Source: Sedimentisphaerales bacterium
Lineage (GTDB): Bacteria > Planctomycetota > Phycisphaerae > Sedimentisphaerales > SM23-30
Length of the DNA stretch: 64,000 nucleotides
Reading direction: 5' to 3' (one strand)
Assembly: GCA_963666285.1 (NCBI GenBank)
Contig: OY762711.1
In this document: one piece after another, positions 31,372 to 42,167 of the stretch
Position numbering within the stretch: the stretch's first letter is position 1
Layout of the letters: each line of letters opens with the position of its first letter
The notes under the pieces: generated by a model
Told to the model about the DNA's origin: nothing
The model's database searches: none
The model's input: the letters and a program-made list of their open reading frames with translations, nothing else
Translations under genes and position numbers: made by a program

Positions 31372-31620
31372 TATTGTCTCTCCCCTGGTCCGGAAACAAT
31401 TGTTATTCCCTTTTATTTACCTTTTTCATGAATTCTATCGGTTTCAATTTAGGGTGACTTTGCCGGTCTTTTGGTTAAATAAAACAGTATTATCACTTTT
31501 TTTATAGATTTCTGGCAAAGAGTGACATGTGGAAGGCCCATGCAGGTTTTAACGGTTATGCGGATTAGTTTAGGGATAATGGTTGGATCGGATATGCAGG
31601 ATTTATGCGTTTTTTGTTAC

Positions 31621-31778
31621 TTAGAGCAATTTAATTTTTATGTTCGCTTTTTGCCTGTCGGTTTCGGCTGACTACATCAGAAATACTCGCAATATATGAA
31701 TATTACTGTGTTTTCTTCTTTGTCAGCCTCATCCTCACAGAGGCATAAATCGGAACAGGAAATATTAAAGTGCTCTAA
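31621..31778. mobile_element. 158-bp MITE-like element
   Basis: Terminal inverted repeats TTAGAGCAATTTAATTTTT / AAATATTAAAGTGCTCTAA (17 of 19); right end recurs at ~46428-46446. Confidence 0.65.
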
Positions 31779-31809
31779 AAACTGCGAAAGGGGACGTGAA
31801 GATAGTATG

Positions 31810-31840
31810 AAAAAAGCCGCTGGGGAAAGGTCAGCGGCTT
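31810..31840 (-). terminator. Intrinsic terminator of moxR
   Basis: GCCGCTG/CAGCGGC stem followed by U6 on the minus strand. Confidence 0.75.
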
Positions 31841-31873
31841 CATATGAAAGAGAAAAAGGTTTACTTAATGATT

Positions 31874-32881
31874 CTATGGCACTTCGATATTATCAAATAT
31901 AGATTTGATGACATCGTCGGATGTTTTTTCCTCAGCTTCGGCTTCATAACTGACAATAACACGATGTCGGAGTACGTCAGGTCCGATATTTTTAATATCC
32001 TGCGGAGTAACAAAGGCTCGGCCGGCCATAAAAGCGGCAGCTTTGGCAGCGATGGTCAGTCCAATAGTAGCTCGCGGAGAAGCTCCGAAAGCGATAAGAT
32101 CGGCAATTTCCAAGCCGTATTCTTTAGGGTTACGGGTAGCATCAACGATATCGACGATATAATCCTTAATTTTATCATCGATATATATCATGTCGATCAG
32201 TTTTCTAACTTCCGCAATCTGCTCCGGAGAAATAACCGGCTGGATATCGAAATCGGTAGAAGTTTTACCCATAAGGTCAAGAATAGCTCGTTCCTGTTGT
32301 TTGGTAGGGTATGAGACCTTGATTTTGAGCATAAACCTGTCGGTTTGTGCTTCCGGGAGTGGGTAAGTACCTTCCTGTTCGATAGGGTTTTGAGTTGCCA
32401 GTACCATAAAAGGTTTAGGCAGCTGCATGGTTTCATCGCCGATAGTAACCTGTCGTTCCTGCATAGCTTCCAGCAAGGCACTTTGAACCTTGGCGGGAGC
32501 ACGGTTGATTTCATCGGCCAGGACGATATTGGCAAAAATCGGTCCTTTTTTGTTATAGAACTCGGATTTCTGCGGATTATAAATTTGAGTGCCGATCAGG
32601 TCGGCAGGCAGCAGGTCAGGCGTAAATTGCAGCCTCTGGAAAGAAGCCTGGAGGGCTTTGGCGATGGTTGTGACAGTTAGAGTCTTAGCCAGCCCGGGCA
32701 CACCTTCAATAAGGATATGGCCGTTGCTGAGCATAGCGATGATAATTCGTTCGACCATATACTGCTGACCGATAATAACTTTGTCAACCTGGCTCAGCAA
32801 AGTCTTGACGAAGGCTCCGGATTGCTGAACTTTTTCTGTAAGTTGTGTAATATCAGGATGATAACTGCTTGTCTCACTCAT
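31874..32881 (-). CDS. moxR: MoxR-family AAA+ ATPase
   Basis: EGVPGLAKT, QFTPDLLPAD, DEINRAPAKVQSALLEAMQE and TYPLPEAQ.DRF motifs; start set at MSETSS. Confidence 0.95.
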   Translation of the reverse strand: MSETSSYHPDITQLTEKVQQSGAFVKTLLSQVDKVIIGQQYMVERIIIAMLSNGHILIEGVPGLAKTLTVTTIAKALQASFQRLQFTPDLLPADLIGTQIYNPQKSEFYNKKGPIFANIVLADEINRAPAKVQSALLEAMQERQVTIGDETMQLPKPFMVLATQNPIEQEGTYPLPEAQTDRFMLKIKVSYPTKQQERAILDLMGKTSTDFDIQPVISPEQIAEVRKLIDMIYIDDKIKDYIVDIVDATRNPKEYGLEIADLIAFGASPRATIGLTIAAKAAAFMAGRAFVTPQDIKNIGPDVLRHRVIVSYEAEAEEKTSDDVIKSIFDNIEVP

Positions 32882-32914
32882 TACTATATCCTTTAGTAGA
32901 AAAATTCCGGTTAA

Positions 32915-33014
32915 TTTATACACAGTGTAAGGTTTGTCCGAACGCACGAAATGTAAGTAATAATAAAGTAATCATTTATACCACGTTCGAACGGGCATAT
33001 TTAACTGTTATTGG
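32915..33014. repeat. Family-C ~100-bp dispersed repeat, copy 1
   Basis: Colinear with 53341-53443; shared TTATACCACG(T/C)TCGAACGGGCAT core. Confidence 0.7.
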
Positions 33015-33165
33015 TATAAAACCGCAAGATCCGGTTTTATACAGATATAATACGCCGCTCGACCGAAATAGTTTGGTTTGTACAGTAGAATATTTTCTGG
33101 TACAATTTCCGCTCCTGAAAACAAGCCAAGTTATGTAAATATAAACATAAACCGATAGAAAATAT

Positions 33166-34239
33166 ATGTTAAGAAACTTTGACAAGATAAAACGCATAGT
33201 AGTAAAAGTGGGCACCAATGTACTGAGCTGTGAAACCGGCATAAATGAAGCTATGATAACCAAGCTGGCCCGCGAAATTTCCGCAATGGTAAACTCCGGC
33301 AAGCAGGTGATCCTGGTTACCTCGGGTGCAATCGGGATGGGTGCCCGTGCGCTGAATGTCCAAAAAAAAGTCAAAGAAGTTAAGCTTCGCCAGGCACTAG
33401 CGGCAGTCGGACAAAGCATCTTAATGCATCATTACCAGAAGGCGTTTAGTAAATACGGATTGAACGTCGGCCAGATTCTGCTGACCAGTTCGATAATGAA
33501 TAATCGCAAGTATTATGTTAATTTGAAGAACAGTGTAGAGACATTGCTGTCTATGGGTGTGGTTCCGATCGTAAATGAAAATGACAATATTTCGATCGAG
33601 GAGATCGACCTGGCATTTGGCGATAATGACAAGCTTTCGGCCCTGATGGCAAGTAAGAATGATGCCGAATTATTGATAGTACTCACGGATGTTGATGGTT
33701 TATATGACGGTAATCCGCAGAAGAATTCAAATGCAGTATTATTGAAAACAGTTTACGAGATTACCGAAGAAATTGAAGCTATGGCAGCGGGAGCAGGGAG
33801 TTCACTGGGGACCGGCGGTATGAAGACCAAACTATCGGCGATACAGATAGCAGCTCGCGGCGGATGCCGGGTAGTGTTGGCGAACGGTCATATAGAAAAT
33901 GTTATCGAGCGTATTGTAGATGGTGAAGAGATAGGCACCTTGTTTATGCCATATCGCAAACTGAGTAATCGCAAGCGCTGGATTTTGAACTGCAAAGCCG
34001 GCGGCAAGGTTGAAATAGATGACGGTGCCGCCAAGGCAGTGATATCAGGCAAGAGTCTGCTGGCAGTTGGTATAACCGGAGTAACCGGCAATTTCAAGCA
34101 GGGCGAAGTGGTTGATATTGGAGGAGTTGCCAAGGGGATAGCAGATATATCTTTCAGCGAGCTCCAGAAACAGTTAAGCGAACCAGACAACCACAATCGC
34201 AAAGCAATAGTTCATGCAGATAATATTGTAGTGTTATAG
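33166..34239 (+). CDS. proB: Glutamate 5-kinase with PUA domain
   Basis: VVKVGT, VNEND, FGDNDKLSA, GTGGMKTK and KSLL motifs. Confidence 0.97.
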   Translation: MLRNFDKIKRIVVKVGTNVLSCETGINEAMITKLAREISAMVNSGKQVILVTSGAIGMGARALNVQKKVKEVKLRQALAAVGQSILMHHYQKAFSKYGLNVGQILLTSSIMNNRKYYVNLKNSVETLLSMGVVPIVNENDNISIEEIDLAFGDNDKLSALMASKNDAELLIVLTDVDGLYDGNPQKNSNAVLLKTVYEITEEIEAMAAGAGSSLGTGGMKTKLSAIQIAARGGCRVVLANGHIENVIERIVDGEEIGTLFMPYRKLSNRKRWILNCKAGGKVEIDDGAAKAVISGKSLLAVGITGVTGNFKQGEVVDIGGVAKGIADISFSELQKQLSEPDNHNRKAIVHADNIVVL

Positions 34240-34380
34240 CGTCTTGTGTTTTTGAGTGTTCCGGTTGGTATTTACATTGAGTGTAATGAGTGTTTTTCTT
34301 GACATCGATCAGTCAAACGATATAATTTTTTTAAGTGGTTTGTTTAGTTTTTATTTTATTTGAAACAGGCAGGTTTTTTC

Positions 34381-35010
34381 ATGCGCGTATTTATTATCGC
34401 TTCAATATTTATATCATTATTATTTTTACCGTCATGTTCGTCAGACAAATCTGAATCATCCAATGAATCTTCGGGCAAGTCGGAGTCAGTAGATAAATTT
34501 GAGATTGAGGAAGGAGCTGAAAATGTCCTGGTGAAATGGGAAAACATTTCGGGATACTCTTTTGGCCAAAAAATCAGTATAGGTTTTTCGATGGTACCAT
34601 GGCGTATTACTTATTCCTCGGGTGACAGGAGTTCCGGGATACGTTTTCGAATAATCTCATCAGAAGACAACTTTGATACATTCAACTATGAATCTCTTTT
34701 GGGTATAGACTTTCAACTGTCCAGAGAGGAGGCGGTTAAGTTTATAGAGTTTATTAGGCGGTTGAAGGAAATGAAGATCAAAGACCTGGATGAAGGAGTC
34801 AGTTACTATGTTTTTACAGCTACATTTAAGGATGTAAAATTTCGTAAATCAAGAGAAAGCATTAAGTTTGACACCTATGGCATTAATGCCGGTATGGAGA
34901 GTTGGAATGTAATTCAGCAAACACACCTTGATGAGCTAGCAGAAGGGCTGAAAATATCTATCGGCAAATACGATGATCTTATGAGGGCAAAGCCGGCGGT
35001 AAATTTATAG
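34381..35010 (+). CDS. Hypothetical lipoprotein
   Basis: Hydrophobic signal ending LPSC (lipobox-like) followed by a Ser-rich linker. Confidence 0.65.
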   Translation: MRVFIIASIFISLLFLPSCSSDKSESSNESSGKSESVDKFEIEEGAENVLVKWENISGYSFGQKISIGFSMVPWRITYSSGDRSSGIRFRIISSEDNFDTFNYESLLGIDFQLSREEAVKFIEFIRRLKEMKIKDLDEGVSYYVFTATFKDVKFRKSRESIKFDTYGINAGMESWNVIQQTHLDELAEGLKISIGKYDDLMRAKPAVNL

Positions 35011-35056
35011 TGAGCTTCTGAAATGCATTTTGTGTTGCGAGCAGGCTATTGAAGTG

Positions 35057-37792
35057 TTATTGATTAACTTTATGCGGTAAAGTAACGACAAAAGTGGTAC
35101 CTATGCCGACCTTGCTTTCGCAGGTAATAGAGCCTGAATGTCTTTCGATAATTCTTTTAACGATGTCAAGTCCGAGGCCGGTTCCTTCGCCTTTTGGTTT
35201 TGTTGTATAGAGAGGTTCAAAGATATTATTCTTTACATCGACAGGAATTCCATGACCGGAATCAGAAAAAGTAATCTTAATATTGTTATCATCAGATTCC
35301 AGTTTAATTTCAAGTGTTCCATTATTGTCCATAGCATATATGGCATTACTGATAAGGTTAGTCCAGATCTGGCACAGTTCATGCGGGTGGCAAGGAATAG
35401 CAGGCACATCATCAAAATCTAATTTTAGTTCTACACCATGTTTGATTTTATTGCCGTAAAGAATAATAGCAGTTTCGATCGTATCTTTGATATCGGCTTC
35501 GATCATTTCCTGTTTTTCTTCTGCCCTGGCATAGTCTTTAAGAGCGAAAATAACCCTGGATGATTGCTGGACGGCAGTGTTGATAATCCTGATGCCATTA
35601 AATATATCAGCGATTTTCTGGATAAAGTTCAAAACAGCGGTACTGTTATCTTTTTGGAAAATATCAAGACAAGCTTCGTGCCCGTCGGTCGGATATATCC
35701 CGGTAAGAATCGCGGCGGCGAAGTCCGGATTTTCAACCTTCATTTCAGTTAGTTGTTTGTTGATGAATGCTTTTCTTTCACGGAACTGCCTGGAAGACGG
35801 GAAAGTATCGCATTGCAAAATCTGGTCTATAATATCATTTATAAGAGCTTTATTATCTTTATACAGATTGAGTTCGGTATCAACGTTATTGATAATATTT
35901 TCAAATTGTTTTTGCATGGTGCTGCACGACGACCCGATGGCGCCGAGCGGAGTATTTATTTCGTGAGCGATACCGGCAGCAAGCTGACCGATGGTAGCCA
36001 TTTTTTCGGTCTGGATAAGCTGCGAAGTAGTATTTTTCAGTTCCAGTTCGGTTTTCTTTCTTTCACTGACTTCGTTTTCGAGCAGGCTGTTTTTTTCCAG
36101 CAGTTCTTCTGTCCTGACCTGAACTTCAGCTTTTAATGCCATGTTATAGTTTTTAATGACATCTTCAGCCTGTTTGCGTTCAGTAATATCCAGTAACGAG
36201 TAAACAATAGCAACGGCAGTGTCTTGTTCGTTTTTGACCATAGCGGCTATCAGCTGAACAGGAAAGGCAGTACCGTCTTTCTTTTTAGCCTGTATTTCTT
36301 CAAAGGTGTATTTATTTTCCTGAATCGATTCAGTGATATTTTCGATACTTTCGTCGCTTATCCAGAAATCATTGATGACTTTTTCTAAAACATCATTTTC
36401 ATTGTCGTAACCCCATTGGTCAAGGAAAGCCGGGTTGGCATAGACCAGTTTGCCGTCGAAATCTGACATAACAATTGGTCCGGCCGCAGATTCGACCAGG
36501 AACGACATCATATGCAGTTCCTGCTGTTCTTCCCTTAGGGTGTCAACCATGCTTTGGAGGCAGGTGCCGAGAACCTGTGTTTCAATAGTACCTGCGATCG
36601 GCAGCGGTTTAACATTGATAATGCCTTCATCTTTGATATTGCGAGCCGCTGCCGCCAGGTTAGAGATGGGTTGGGCAATGCTTCTTCCCAGTCGCCAGGT
36701 TAAGAATATTGCTACAATGAGAAATAAAAATGATATCAGTAATGTTTTGGAACGCAGTGCTAATGCCGGAGCAATTAGTTCATCGTCATAGACAGAAATT
36801 ACAATATACCAGTCTAAAGGTTTGAAGTATCGAATAAATGCGGTTTTGGGAAATAATTTAGTTTCTGATTTTCCCGGTTTATTCCAGAGATATTTAAGTT
36901 TATCTTCACCATTATTAATTGCAGATTTGATATCATCCATCAAGCTGCTGTCAGTTGAAGGGTTGTTTATTAGAGAAACGTTAGCTCCGATAAGCTTAGG
37001 ATGCAGCTGCATTATATTATCACCGCTTGCGATGAAAATATAATCAGACTGGGCAATTTTGATTTTTGCAAGATTTTCAAACATTGCTGACTTTATTTCA
37101 TCAAAATGTGCCTGACATTCTTTTTCAATGTCGTCGATATATACACCCGTACCAACAATCCAGTTCCATTCAGGCAAAAGTTTAACGAAAGAGAGTTTTG
37201 GCTGCTGTTCTGTCAGTCCTTCTGCGGAAGGTTTCGGCCATAAATATTCTACATATCCTTCACCGTCAGCCAGGCATACATCGGCAAAAGCGGTAAACAG
37301 ATTTTTATTTGTTCCCATTGCCGTATTGTATTCTGGGTTATCCAGGATTGTGCCATTTAGTTCGGGGATAGTCGGGTGCATAATCATCCTGGGCACAGGT
37401 TGAGTACAATCGTTTATCCAGAAATATCCTACGTCGTCGCTATATCTCAATTTTTTGAAGCAATCAATAACACATTGTTTGGCTTCATCTTCGCTGATTT
37501 CATTATTTATGTATCTTCGATATTCGCGGCTGATATGAGAAAAAGCAATGGCTACATTGTTTTTGATTGTCTGGCGTCTTTCCCTTATGAGAGATTCACG
37601 GTGGAAACGCAATGCGGTGTATTCGTTACTAATGGTCATCAGAGTCAGGTCGGCGATTTCCTGGGCATGTTTCGTTTCGGTCTGAATAATTCTGTCGCTG
37701 AATTCATGCTGTACAAGTAGAGTCATAGTAGCAACTAATAAAACAACAACACTAACCAGGGAAATTGTAATTCTACTCTGTAATGACTGCAT
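35057..37792 (-). CDS. Sensor histidine kinase (Cache-Cache-HAMP-PAS-HisKA-HATPase)
   Basis: GYFWIND..MIMHP and YLWPKP Cache motifs; PAS YANPAF; H-box AHEINTPL; NLISNA, DSGHG and GTGLGL boxes. Confidence 0.93.
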   Translation of the reverse strand: MQSLQSRITISLVSVVVLLVATMTLLVQHEFSDRIIQTETKHAQEIADLTLMTISNEYTALRFHRESLIRERRQTIKNNVAIAFSHISREYRRYINNEISEDEAKQCVIDCFKKLRYSDDVGYFWINDCTQPVPRMIMHPTIPELNGTILDNPEYNTAMGTNKNLFTAFADVCLADGEGYVEYLWPKPSAEGLTEQQPKLSFVKLLPEWNWIVGTGVYIDDIEKECQAHFDEIKSAMFENLAKIKIAQSDYIFIASGDNIMQLHPKLIGANVSLINNPSTDSSLMDDIKSAINNGEDKLKYLWNKPGKSETKLFPKTAFIRYFKPLDWYIVISVYDDELIAPALALRSKTLLISFLFLIVAIFLTWRLGRSIAQPISNLAAAARNIKDEGIINVKPLPIAGTIETQVLGTCLQSMVDTLREEQQELHMMSFLVESAAGPIVMSDFDGKLVYANPAFLDQWGYDNENDVLEKVINDFWISDESIENITESIQENKYTFEEIQAKKKDGTAFPVQLIAAMVKNEQDTAVAIVYSLLDITERKQAEDVIKNYNMALKAEVQVRTEELLEKNSLLENEVSERKKTELELKNTTSQLIQTEKMATIGQLAAGIAHEINTPLGAIGSSCSTMQKQFENIINNVDTELNLYKDNKALINDIIDQILQCDTFPSSRQFRERKAFINKQLTEMKVENPDFAAAILTGIYPTDGHEACLDIFQKDNSTAVLNFIQKIADIFNGIRIINTAVQQSSRVIFALKDYARAEEKQEMIEADIKDTIETAIILYGNKIKHGVELKLDFDDVPAIPCHPHELCQIWTNLISNAIYAMDNNGTLEIKLESDDNNIKITFSDSGHGIPVDVKNNIFEPLYTTKPKGEGTGLGLDIVKRIIERHSGSITCESKVGIGTTFVVTLPHKVNQ

Positions 37793-37875
37793 TATTAACC
37801 TTATAGAGAGATATAGGACTTTGATCGATAAAATCAAATAAAACACAAATCGTTAAAAAATTTTTCTGTATTATC

Positions 37876-37903
37876 TTATCGGCTAAATGAAAGGACAAAT
37901 ATG
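37876..37903 (-). promoter_or_regulatory. Putative sigma28 promoter
   Basis: Perfect GCCGATAA -10 on the minus strand; weak -35 (CATA at 16 bp). Confidence 0.45.
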
Positions 37904-38061
37904 AAAATAATATGATTTGAAATGTTAACTCAATTATAATGTTATTATATTGATGACGGGTTCCGGTTTTGGTGTCGTATATGGAACTAGCCTATAATTT
38001 TTGAGAAGTATAAGGTAATTATGTCAGGAAGGAATCAGTAATATATATTAAGCTTATGAGA

Positions 38062-38478
38062 CTAGTAATCTATTTTACTACGTTTTTGTTTGATATCAGC
38101 ACGTTTCTTTTTGTTATCGAGTCTTTTTCTTTTTGACGCAGCAGTTGGTTTGGTTGCGATTCTAGGTTTGGGCCGCACAAGTGACTTGCGAATGAGATCG
38201 GCCAATTTGTCAAGGCAGTCCTGGCGGTTCATTCCCTGGCTGCGATGCTGCTGACTTGTAATCTGTATATCTCCGTTAGCGAGCAGGTATCGGGCGGCAA
38301 TCCTTTGCAGACGATTTTTAATATGGCTGTTTAATTCCGGGCAATCGTTAAGAGTAAAACGAAGCTGAGCCTGAGTGTTTACCTTGTTAACATTCTGGCC
38401 GCCCGGACCACTGCTGCGGGCAAAGGAGAAGTTGAGGTATTCATCAGAGATACAAATTTTGTCGTTTATTATTAACAT
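38062..38478 (-). CDS. arfB: Alternative ribosome-rescue peptidyl-tRNA hydrolase ArfB
   Basis: RSSGPGGQNVNKV, RSQ..NR and basic C-terminal tail. Confidence 0.95.
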   Translation of the reverse strand: MLIINDKICISDEYLNFSFARSSGPGGQNVNKVNTQAQLRFTLNDCPELNSHIKNRLQRIAARYLLANGDIQITSQQHRSQGMNRQDCLDKLADLIRKSLVRPKPRIATKPTAASKRKRLDNKKKRADIKQKRSKIDY

Positions 38479-38491
38479 AGCTTCATGAAAT

Positions 38492-38520
38492 AAAAAAGCC
38501 GGCATTTGCATACCGGCTTT
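38492..38520 (-). terminator. Intrinsic terminator
   Basis: AAAGCCGG/CCGGCTTT stem with U-run on the minus strand. Confidence 0.6.
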
Positions 38521-38546
38521 ATTATTGTCAGTATAAAAACTGAGTT

Positions 38547-40787
38547 TTATTCAGTTTTAGTTTCATCGGAATTATCTTTTTCTGTATCAACCGGTTTAGG
38601 TTCATCTTCATTATTTATCAAAGTGACATCATTACGCTTGATAATGTTATCATGCAGGAAGAAGTCAACCATAGGTAATAATTGCTGACTGCTAAGTGTC
38701 TGCATGGCATAATAAGCTTTCATGTCAGCATATTCATCCTGGTTGGCCGGTTCGATTGCAAATTCGTCAAAGACAAGAACGCTGGTTGTATTTTTATTTT
38801 CAACCAGGACTTTTTCACCTTCTTCAGCATCGTGAAGAGCTTTGAGAATAATTCTTAGATTTCCTCTTACAAGCGTTTTTTGTCTTTCATTATTTTCACG
38901 AGAGCCATAGGAATTTTGGATCATAAAGTCAATCCTGGAAAGGTTGTCGTAATACTTTTCAACAGAGCTTTCGGATAAAGGATTCCTGGCATTTTCGTCA
39001 TCAGGTTTTTCCATCATTGTTTTACCGACTGTTTCAATTGCTTTAGCCAGGTCAGTTTCCGGTTGGGCAAGAGCGGCTTTGAATTCTTCGGCTTTAGCTT
39101 TTGCCATTTCGTATGCTTTAAGCTTTTTCAGGTCGGCTTTAACTTTGTCCTTCAGGATATTTTTGTCATCAGCCAGCGGTTCGATATCACTGCCGCCCTG
39201 ACGGCCATCGTCATTAATGGAAGCAGCTACCCGGCTTCTGTCAACGGCAACAATTCTCACCAGGTACATATTCATCAGGTTATATGTTCCATTGGGGAAG
39301 TCATAGCGGGCTTCTATACTGGACAGGGTTTCTCTCAGTTTCAGAGGAGCAGGCTGTTCAAGTTTAGTAGCCGGCCGGTCACGCAGAGGTTCACTGGAGA
39401 ACAACATATATGACAGTGGAGCGTCATTGAAACGAGTGAGTTTGGCAGAACCAAATTTTTCGAAACTGTTAATAGTTTCTCTGCTAAGGAATTCACTTTC
39501 GCCATGTCCGATTTTAATAGAATCGCTAGAGTTTTTCTCAGCAACTTCCTGCCAGTTGATATTGGCTTCAACCAGGTCGTTTTCGTTGCTGACAGCTTCT
39601 CCGATTTTAGCAATAACAGATTCAGCCTGTTCCCTGGCTTTACCCATTAGATAAACATTCTTAACGGTATCGTATGATTCATCAAAGCTTAATTGAGTAT
39701 ATTCAACAGGAGAATTTCTATCTTTTTGGGATTCTTTCTGGAAAGGTCTTTCAGATTTGTGGTTGGTCCAGTAATCCTGCAAAGCTTCTTCCTGTTTAAT
39801 AAGGCTTTGAGCTTCAAATTCTTCAGTTATTTTTTGCTTAATGGCAGAGACATCGACATTAAGATATTCAACTTTGATTCTATCAGGCAGCATATAGCTA
39901 AACCCGAACATATTATCTTTATCGTCCGGCCTGATATCCAATGGATCAATAGATTTATATTTTTCAAAATGAGCGACAAGTTCTTCTTCTGTTGGATCTC
40001 CAACTTTTTGGGCGAACATATTAGAGGAGAATTCGACAAATTTACCGGAGATATTATTGATTTCAATACTATTGCGGATACTGTCTCTGAGCTGGTTCTC
40101 ATTGGTAATGCCGACTTTGGTAAGGTTGTCCACATATGATGCAATTGCGATAATATTACCAACGGCTTCACTGAAGCTGCCGACAGTTAAACCGTAATTA
40201 GATAATGAAGTAGACATTTTCTGGCCTTGCTGGTTCATATTCACACGAATAAAACTGACTAATTCGCCTACCTGTTCACTGGTAGCATAGAAACCATTTC
40301 TATTGGCTTCGGCAGTCAGAGCCAGGTACTGAATGGCCGGATTCTGGTTAGTATCGATAAGTTTATCAATTTTTGCCAGAATAGCGTCATACTCAGCTTT
40401 ATTTTTATGGTCGAGTCCTACGGCTTGCAGTAAAATGCTTCTGGTGTAATATGCCGACTCGGTATCGCCAAAAATCGAGTGGCAGGTGAATAGTATAGCC
40501 GCCGGATTTATCATTTTGAAGTTATCGCTGGCATTACCATAAGATCTCAGGTATGCCGAGACACGTAGATCAAGCATAGCTTTAATCTCGGCAATAGCTT
40601 TGCCAGTGTCCATAGTGGTTAAAGTTGTTTTAACGCCATCAGCGCCAGCATAAGAACCGACTTCTTTATCCTGTATATTTCTGCCGGACCCACTAAACAT
40701 AGCACTTGGAAGTACAAAACCAATCATAATAAGAACACCAAAGAAAACCATTATCGTTTTGCTGTTCTTGCGCATGAAATCCATCAT
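38547..40787 (-). CDS. Membrane-anchored periplasmic protein, PpiD/SurA-like chaperone
   Basis: MMDFMRK..TM anchor, PTEEELVAHFEKYK and PDRIKVEYL resemble PpiD architecture. Confidence 0.55.
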   Translation of the reverse strand: MMDFMRKNSKTIMVFFGVLIMIGFVLPSAMFSGSGRNIQDKEVGSYAGADGVKTTLTTMDTGKAIAEIKAMLDLRVSAYLRSYGNASDNFKMINPAAILFTCHSIFGDTESAYYTRSILLQAVGLDHKNKAEYDAILAKIDKLIDTNQNPAIQYLALTAEANRNGFYATSEQVGELVSFIRVNMNQQGQKMSTSLSNYGLTVGSFSEAVGNIIAIASYVDNLTKVGITNENQLRDSIRNSIEINNISGKFVEFSSNMFAQKVGDPTEEELVAHFEKYKSIDPLDIRPDDKDNMFGFSYMLPDRIKVEYLNVDVSAIKQKITEEFEAQSLIKQEEALQDYWTNHKSERPFQKESQKDRNSPVEYTQLSFDESYDTVKNVYLMGKAREQAESVIAKIGEAVSNENDLVEANINWQEVAEKNSSDSIKIGHGESEFLSRETINSFEKFGSAKLTRFNDAPLSYMLFSSEPLRDRPATKLEQPAPLKLRETLSSIEARYDFPNGTYNLMNMYLVRIVAVDRSRVAASINDDGRQGGSDIEPLADDKNILKDKVKADLKKLKAYEMAKAKAEEFKAALAQPETDLAKAIETVGKTMMEKPDDENARNPLSESSVEKYYDNLSRIDFMIQNSYGSRENNERQKTLVRGNLRIILKALHDAEEGEKVLVENKNTTSVLVFDEFAIEPANQDEYADMKAYYAMQTLSSQQLLPMVDFFLHDNIIKRNDVTLINNEDEPKPVDTEKDNSDETKTE

Positions 40788-41342
40788 AGTTACATTACTC
40801 CAATATTTTCAATAACTTATACTATTTAATAGTTGTACTGCCCCTATTTCCCGGCAGTTTTGCGAATTATACACTATATCAATTACCCAGCTCTATATCA
40901 ACCTTATTTAAATATTAGTACGTAAAGGGCAGGTATAAGCTGTATCTATTTAAATTATCTCGACATAGAACGAGTTTGGATTAACTTAATTCTGTTTTAT
41001 ATGACTAATTAAGTGTTTCCATTTTAAAGATTTCTGTCAAGAGGGTTCTAGTTTTGTTTTATTGTTAACAAACTCGGTTTTTGTTTCTTTGTCAGCCGAT
41101 TAGTATTAATCTGTACAAGAATTATTATGTTTCGGTGCATTTATTTACTATAAGAGTTTGTTATTAAGATGTTTATGTAGGATCGGGCCATTTTTTGATT
41201 CAGTGTATTACATTCCATCTTGACAGTAATGATATCCGTTGTATGATAGACGGTAATTACTTGTGTTAAAATGGATAATTTGTAATATAGAGCATCTCCT
41301 ATGATGTGATAATAGAAGAAGTTCTTAGAAGAAAGGTTACAC

Positions 41343-42101
41343 ATGTCGCTAAAAGCAGCAGTACTAATTCCGGCAGCCGGTACTGGCACGAGATTTGGTG
41401 GTAAAAAGCCGAAGCAATTTACCGATCTGGACGGCAGGGCGGTATTTATGAGAACTATTGAAGCATTTGCCAATCGTGACGATGTTGCCAGAATAGTAAT
41501 TGCTATTCCAGAGCAGGAGCAGGAGATGTATGAAATAAAATGGGGTGCAAAACTGGCATTTTATAATGTACATACGATAATTGGGGGTGAAGAACGGTAT
41601 CAGACCGTCCAAAAACTGCTTGATTTTGTAAAAGAAAAAGAATTTGACCTTATCGCAATTCATGATGCGGCCAGACCTTGTGTAAGTCAGAAGCTGATAA
41701 CAGATGTTTTTGCCGCAGCGTTAGAATATGGTGCGGCGATACCGGCATGTAAACTTGTTGGGACAATCAAGAAGTCAGATTCTGACCAAAGCATTTCAGA
41801 GACAATAGACCGGTCCGAACTTTGGGAGGCCCAGACCCCGCAGACCTTCAAGCCGGAAATAATATATAAGGCGTATGAGAATCTGGATGATGCCGAAAAG
41901 CAGATAACAGATGATGCCCAGCTGGTAGAACATACCGGACAAAAGGTTAAGCTGGTTGAAGGTGATCCATCCAATATTAAAATTACACATGGTATTGATA
42001 TGTCTTTTGCTTCTGTGATATGTAAGAATATGGCATCTGAAGCAGACAGTAAACGCAAAAAGGAATCGCTGCATCCATTTGCGGAAGATAATATGTGGTA
42101 A
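41343..42101 (+). CDS. ispD: 2-C-methyl-D-erythritol 4-phosphate cytidylyltransferase
   Basis: PAAGTGTRFG..KPKQF, IHDAARP, AQTPQ, TDDA and NIKIT motifs. Confidence 0.96.
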   Translation: MSLKAAVLIPAAGTGTRFGGKKPKQFTDLDGRAVFMRTIEAFANRDDVARIVIAIPEQEQEMYEIKWGAKLAFYNVHTIIGGEERYQTVQKLLDFVKEKEFDLIAIHDAARPCVSQKLITDVFAAALEYGAAIPACKLVGTIKKSDSDQSISETIDRSELWEAQTPQTFKPEIIYKAYENLDDAEKQITDDAQLVEHTGQKVKLVEGDPSNIKITHGIDMSFASVICKNMASEADSKRKKESLHPFAEDNMW

Positions 42102-42167
42102 TTTTATGTTGGCAAAAGAAGATATTATCTATGTGAAGAGAGAGGGGCATGCTTACCAGAGCTGTAT

